Origin: a virus | Reading direction: 5' to 3' (one strand) | DNA: 64,000 nt | IMG/VR virus record: IMGVR_UViG_3300035682_000005 | Shown: positions 59,727 to 64,000 of the stretch, one piece after another | How positions within the stretch are numbered: the first letter of the stretch is position 1 | How the letters are laid out: each line of letters opens with the position of its first letter | Program-made: the position numbers and the translations under genes | The notes under the pieces: model-generated | Told to the model about the DNA's origin: nothing | Seen by the model: only the letters and a program-made list of their open reading frames with translations | The model's database searches: none

Positions 59727-62369
59727 ATGGCTATAACCAAAATTCGTGGTAATACACAAATTAAAACTGGTTCGATTACCAACGTAGAAATTGCTTCTAA
59801 TGCTGGTATTGAACTTTCAAAACTCGCCGAAGGCGCAGAACTCATTAAACGTGACGGTTCTGTAGCTTTTACAGGTACCGTAGATGCTGGATCGCACAAA
59901 GTTGTAAACGTATTGGCTCCAACTGCTTCTGGCGATGCTGCTAACAAACAATACGTTGATGACGGCTTAGAGACTCTTCGTGCTCAAGTACAGGACGATC
60001 TCGATCCAAGACTTGATGCTATCGAAGGTCGCATGACAACTGCTGAGGGAGATATTGACTCTCTCGAAGGTCGCATGACAACTGCTGAAGGAGACATTAG
60101 CTCTCTCGAAGCTGGACTTGCTGCTGAAGTTACTCGCGCTGGCGCTGCTGAGGCTGGACTTGCATCAGACATTGCTGACGAAGAGTCTGCACGTGTTGCT
60201 GCTGTTTCTGCTCTTCAATCAGAATTAGACGGCACACAAGCTGACCTTGCTGCTGAGGAAACTCGTGCAATGGCTGCTGAGGCTGCTCTTGACACTCGCA
60301 TGGATCAAGCTGAGTCTGACATCACTGCTCTTGAAGCTGCTGATGTTGTTCTTGATGGTCGTGTAACTGATCTTGAGAACGGTCTTGCTGCTGAGACAAC
60401 TGCTCGTCAAAATGCTGACAGTGCACTTGCATCTGATCTTGCTGACGAAGAGTCTCGCGCTATGGCTGCTGAGGCTGGACTTGCATCAGACATTGCTGAC
60501 GAAGAGTCTGCTCGTATTGCTGGTGACAGTGCTCTTCAAGCTGAAATTGACGCAGAAGAAGTTCGTGCTGCTGCTGCTGAAGTTGTTCTTCAGGGTAACA
60601 TCGATGATGAAGAGTCTCGCGCTATGGCTGCTGAAGCTGGACTTGCATCGGACATTGCTGACGAAGAGTCTGCTCGTATTGCTGATGTAAATGCTGAACA
60701 AGCTCGTGCTGAAGCTGCTGAAGCTGCTCTTCAAGCCGAGATTGATGCAGAAGAAGTTGCTCGTGCTGATGGTGACGCAGATCTTGCTGCTGACCTTGCT
60801 GCTGAGACTGCTGCTCGTATTGCTGATGTAAATGCTGAACAAGCTCGTGCTGAAGCTGCTGAGGTTGCTCTTGGTGTAGACATTGGTGACGAAGAGACTC
60901 GTGCTCTTGCTGCTGAGGCTGGACTTGCATCTGATATTGCCGACGTTGCTGCTGATCTTGCATCAGAAGTAACAGCTCGTGTTGCAGATGTAAACGCCGA
61001 AGAGACTCGTGCTCTTGCTGCTGAAGCTGATTTGGCTTCTGACATTGCTGCTGAAGAGTCTGCTCGCATTAGTGCTGTAGCAGGTGTTCAAGCTGAAGTC
61101 GATGCTGAAGAAGCTGCTCGTGCCGCTGCTGACCTTGTTCTTCAAGGCAACATCGATGCTGTAGAAGCTGACTACATCGCTGCTGATGTTGTTGTACTTG
61201 CAAGTGCTAATAGCTACACAGATACAGAGATTGCTGCTCTTGTGAACAGTGCTCCTGCTGTACTTGACACACTCAAAGAACTCTCCGATGCCCTTGGTGG
61301 TGACGAGAACTTTGCAGCTACTATAGCTGGACAAATTGGTGCTGTAGCTGCTGACCTTGCTGCTGAGGAAACTCGTGCAATGGCTGCTGAAGCTGCTGTT
61401 CAAGCTGAAGTTGATGCAGAAGAAGTTGCTAGAGCTGCTGCTGACGTTACCCTTCAAGGTAATATCGATGCAGAAGAGACTCGTGCAATGGGTGCTGAAG
61501 CTGCTCTTCAAGTTGAAATTGATGCTGAAGAGTCTGCTCGTGCTGCTGCTGACGTTACCCTTCAAGGTAATATCGATGCAGAAGAAACTCGTGCAATGGC
61601 TGCTGAAGCTGGACTTGCGTCGGATATCTCCGATGAAGAGACAAGAGCTATGGCTGCTGAGGCTGGACTTGCATCAGACATTTCTGATGTTGCTGCTGAC
61701 CTTGCATCAGAAGTAACCAATCGTGCTGCTGACGTTGATGCAGAAGAGACTCGTGCTCTTGCTGCTGAAGCTGCTCTTCAAGCTGAAATTGATGCTGAAG
61801 AGTCTGCTCGTGCTGCTGCTGTTAGTGCTGAAGCATCTGCTCGTTCTGCTGCTGACGTTACCCTTCAAGGTAATATCGATGCAGAAGAGTCGAGAGCTAT
61901 GGCTGCTGAGGCTGCTCTTCAAGCCGAAGTTGATGCAGAAGAAGTTGCTCGTGCTGCTGCTGTTAGTGCTGAAGCATCTGCTCGTTCTGCTGCTGACGTT
62001 ACCCTTCAAGGTAATATCGATGCAGAAGAGTCGAGAGCTATGGCTGCTGAGGCTGCACTTGATTCTGATGTGTCTGCTCTTGAAGGACGCATGGATACTG
62101 CTGAGTCTGATATTGCTGCGCTTGAGTCAACTGTACTCTACGTTGCAAATGTTATCACTCGTGAGTCTCCAAGTGGTTCAATCAACGGCAGCAATGCTGA
62201 CTTCTCACTTGCATTTACTCCTGTGTTAAACAGCGAGCATGTGTATCTGAACGGTCTCTTGCAAGAGCCTGGAATTGGAAACGACTACTCTATCTCTGGT
62301 GGAACAGTAACATTTGCTGTCGCTCCTGTGAGTGGAGATCGTATTCGTGTTAGCTACATGAAGGCTTAA
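59727..62369 (+). CDS. Long acidic coiled-coil fibre protein with C-terminal Ig-like module
   Basis: DAANKQYVD neck motif; ~18-residue AEETRAMAAEA.LQ..ID repeats; C-terminal E.PSG.ING.N..F.L...VYLNGLLQ..G.DY...TF..AP..GD. Confidence 0.8.
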   Translation: MAITKIRGNTQIKTGSITNVEIASNAGIELSKLAEGAELIKRDGSVAFTGTVDAGSHKVVNVLAPTASGDAANKQYVDDGLETLRAQVQDDLDPRLDAIEGRMTTAEGDIDSLEGRMTTAEGDISSLEAGLAAEVTRAGAAEAGLASDIADEESARVAAVSALQSELDGTQADLAAEETRAMAAEAALDTRMDQAESDITALEAADVVLDGRVTDLENGLAAETTARQNADSALASDLADEESRAMAAEAGLASDIADEESARIAGDSALQAEIDAEEVRAAAAEVVLQGNIDDEESRAMAAEAGLASDIADEESARIADVNAEQARAEAAEAALQAEIDAEEVARADGDADLAADLAAETAARIADVNAEQARAEAAEVALGVDIGDEETRALAAEAGLASDIADVAADLASEVTARVADVNAEETRALAAEADLASDIAAEESARISAVAGVQAEVDAEEAARAAADLVLQGNIDAVEADYIAADVVVLASANSYTDTEIAALVNSAPAVLDTLKELSDALGGDENFAATIAGQIGAVAADLAAEETRAMAAEAAVQAEVDAEEVARAAADVTLQGNIDAEETRAMGAEAALQVEIDAEESARAAADVTLQGNIDAEETRAMAAEAGLASDISDEETRAMAAEAGLASDISDVAADLASEVTNRAADVDAEETRALAAEAALQAEIDAEESARAAAVSAEASARSAADVTLQGNIDAEESRAMAAEAALQAEVDAEEVARAAAVSAEASARSAADVTLQGNIDAEESRAMAAEAALDSDVSALEGRMDTAESDIAALESTVLYVANVITRESPSGSINGSNADFSLAFTPVLNSEHVYLNGLLQEPGIGNDYSISGGTVTFAVAPVSGDRIRVSYMKA
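61806..62056 (+). repeat. Near-identical 141-bp tandem duplication inside fibre gene
   Basis: GCTCGTGCTGCTGCTGTTAGTGCTGAAGCATCTG...GAGAGCTATGGCTGCTGAGGCTGC occurs at ~61806 and ~61947. Confidence 0.85.
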
Positions 62370-62397
62370 TTGACCTTAGTAGTTAAATACTAAAAAG

Positions 62398-62425
62398 TGT
62401 GGTGCCCTACCTAGTGGGGCACCAC
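62398..62425 (+). terminator. Stem-loop after fibre gene (terminator or processing site)
   Basis: GTGGTGCCCTAC-cta-GTGGGGCACCAC; no strong U tail. Confidence 0.55.
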
Positions 62426-62506
62426 CCTCACACTTCTTACAGTGTAAAACTATAATATTACCAAACAAATTTTTAGAAACGAACTTTACTTAACGGAACA
62501 ACGAAC

Positions 62507-64000
62507 ATGTCAACACAGATTCGTGGTAATAAACAAATCAAAAACATTACCATCGGGAATGCACAAATCACCGATGGATCAATCGAACTCAACAAACTCA
62601 AAGACGGATCAGAACTCTTAAAAAGAGATGGTTCGGTAGTTGCAACTGGCGACTTTGACTTCAATAGCAATCAAATTAAAAATGTTGGTGCGCCTATAGA
62701 CGACAACGACGCTGTTCGTAAAGTTGATCTTGATGCTATTTCTAGTGGTACTACAATAACTAGAGAAATTCCATCTGGCACAATCAATGGAACAAACACA
62801 AATTTTACACTCGCTGGTGCACCAAATCTTGGCACTGAGCAAGTGTTCATAAACGGTTCGCTTCTTAATGCTGGAGCAAACTCTGATTACGTTGTTGATG
62901 GTTCAACCATTACGTTTACTCTTGCTCCACAAAGTGGAGATGTAGTGCTTGTAAACTATGTTACTGATGCTGTTGTAGTTAGCTTAGACATAACAAACAC
63001 TCTTAATCAGTTTAATTCTCGATTAACAACTGCTGAAAGTGAGTTGTTTTCTGCACAAGGTGATGTCAGTTCTCTTGATAGTGATTTATCTGGAGTAAAT
63101 GCACGTTTAACTTCAGCCGAAGGTGACATCACTGCTCTTGAAGGTGACGTTGGTGCTGTTGAAGCAAGTGTGTCTTCTCTTCAGGCAAGTGTTAGCACAC
63201 TTCAATCTGGATTATCATCTGAGTCATCGACTCGTGCTGCTGCCGATAGTGCTCTTAGCACCACAGTAACATCCGTTCAAACTAGCATCACTTCTATCGG
63301 AAATAGAGTTACTGCTACTGAAGGTGACATCACTGCTCTTGAAGCTGCTGATGTTGCTATGGATCTTCGTGTTGGTGTTATTGAAGATGGACTTCAGTCT
63401 GAAACATCTGCAAGAACAAGTGCTGATAGTGCTCTTAGTTCTCGTGTTACTACTCTTGAAAATGCTCCAGCTCCTGTAACTTCGTATAACAATCTTACTG
63501 ATAAGCCTAGCTTGTTCAGTGGTTCTTATACAGACCTTACCAGCAAGCCAACTCTGTTTGATGGTGTATATGCAAGTCTCACTGACAAACCCAGTTTGTT
63601 CAGTGGCTCATATGACGATCTTAGCAACAAACCAACTATAGCATTAGCTGCTCACCAATGGTCTGCAAATCACACTATAGCTGATGGAACAAGATATTTA
63701 ATTGGTGACATCGTATACGACAACGGAAACATTTACGTTGCAAATTACGAAAATGAAAGTATGCCAACATCCAGTACATTGTACTGGACTAATCTTGGTG
63801 CTGGTAAACGAATCAACATTGATGGAAGAGATATACCAAACATTCCATACTCAAGTTTGACTGGTAAGCCGATCCTATTCAGTGGTTCGTATGACGATCT
63901 TACTAACAAGCCATCTTTGTTTGATGGTGCGTACGCAAGCTTGTCTGGCAAACCAACAATATACACACCAGTTAAAGAAGTTCCTTCTGGTAGTGTTAAT
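62507..64000 (+). CDS. Second fibre protein, paralog of 59727..62369 (3' end off window; absent from ORF track)
   Basis: Manual translation MSTQIRGNKQIK...IELNKLKDGSELLKRDGSV...REIPSGTINGTN..FTL; coiled coil; FSGSYxDLTxKP repeats. Confidence 0.85.
   Translation, partial: MSTQIRGNKQIKNITIGNAQITDGSIELNKLKDGSELLKRDGSVVATGDFDFNSNQIKNVGAPIDDNDAVRKVDLDAISSGTTITREIPSGTINGTNTNFTLAGAPNLGTEQVFINGSLLNAGANSDYVVDGSTITFTLAPQSGDVVLVNYVTDAVVVSLDITNTLNQFNSRLTTAESELFSAQGDVSSLDSDLSGVNARLTSAEGDITALEGDVGAVEASVSSLQASVSTLQSGLSSESSTRAAADSALSTTVTSVQTSITSIGNRVTATEGDITALEAADVAMDLRVGVIEDGLQSETSARTSADSALSSRVTTLENAPAPVTSYNNLTDKPSLFSGSYTDLTSKPTLFDGVYASLTDKPSLFSGSYDDLSNKPTIALAAHQWSANHTIADGTRYLIGDIVYDNGNIYVANYENESMPTSSTLYWTNLGAGKRINIDGRDIPNIPYSSLTGKPILFSGSYDDLTNKPSLFDGAYASLSGKPTIYTPVKEVPSGSVN

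Noticed and set aside
59984-62229. Many overlapping antisense and alternate-frame ORFs (Ser- or Leu-rich)
   Set aside because: Shadows of the GCT/GAA-rich repeat codons of the fibre gene.
1-64000. Stop-codon reassignment (alternative genetic code)
   Set aside because: Long structural genes are intact in the standard code, TAA, TAG and TGA all terminate genes, and no suppressor tRNA is present.

Overview
This 64-kb window is part of a large T4-like (myovirus) phage genome of about 37% GC (estimated by eye), read in the standard code. Two blocks of virion genes flank a ~34-kb accessory region. The left block (1-4.5 kb) holds gp54-like, gp2, gp4, gp48, gp53 and a baseplate hub-like gene. The right block (38.4-64 kb) holds gp5, gp25, gp6, gp7-like, gp8, a 2,482-aa VrlC-like protein, and tail-collar and coiled-coil fibre genes. 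The accessory region carries about 27 diverged paralogs of an unrecognised ~80-120-aa alpha/beta protein in translationally coupled arrays. It also has four tRNAs and a canonical type I hammerhead ribozyme whose predicted cleavage site lies 19 nt upstream of tRNA-Asp. Other accessory genes are two PLP aminotransferases (one a lysine 6-aminotransferase), a secreted metzincin protease, UvsE, a RadC/JAB protein and four probable capsid-targeted internal proteins. Many sigma70-type and TAAATA late promoters sit 6-8 nt from start codons, implying leaderless mRNAs. There are also IHF-like sites, further candidate structured RNAs and two local strand-skew switches, one beside a 3x22-bp repeat. All calls come from reading motifs by eye; no database searches were run.
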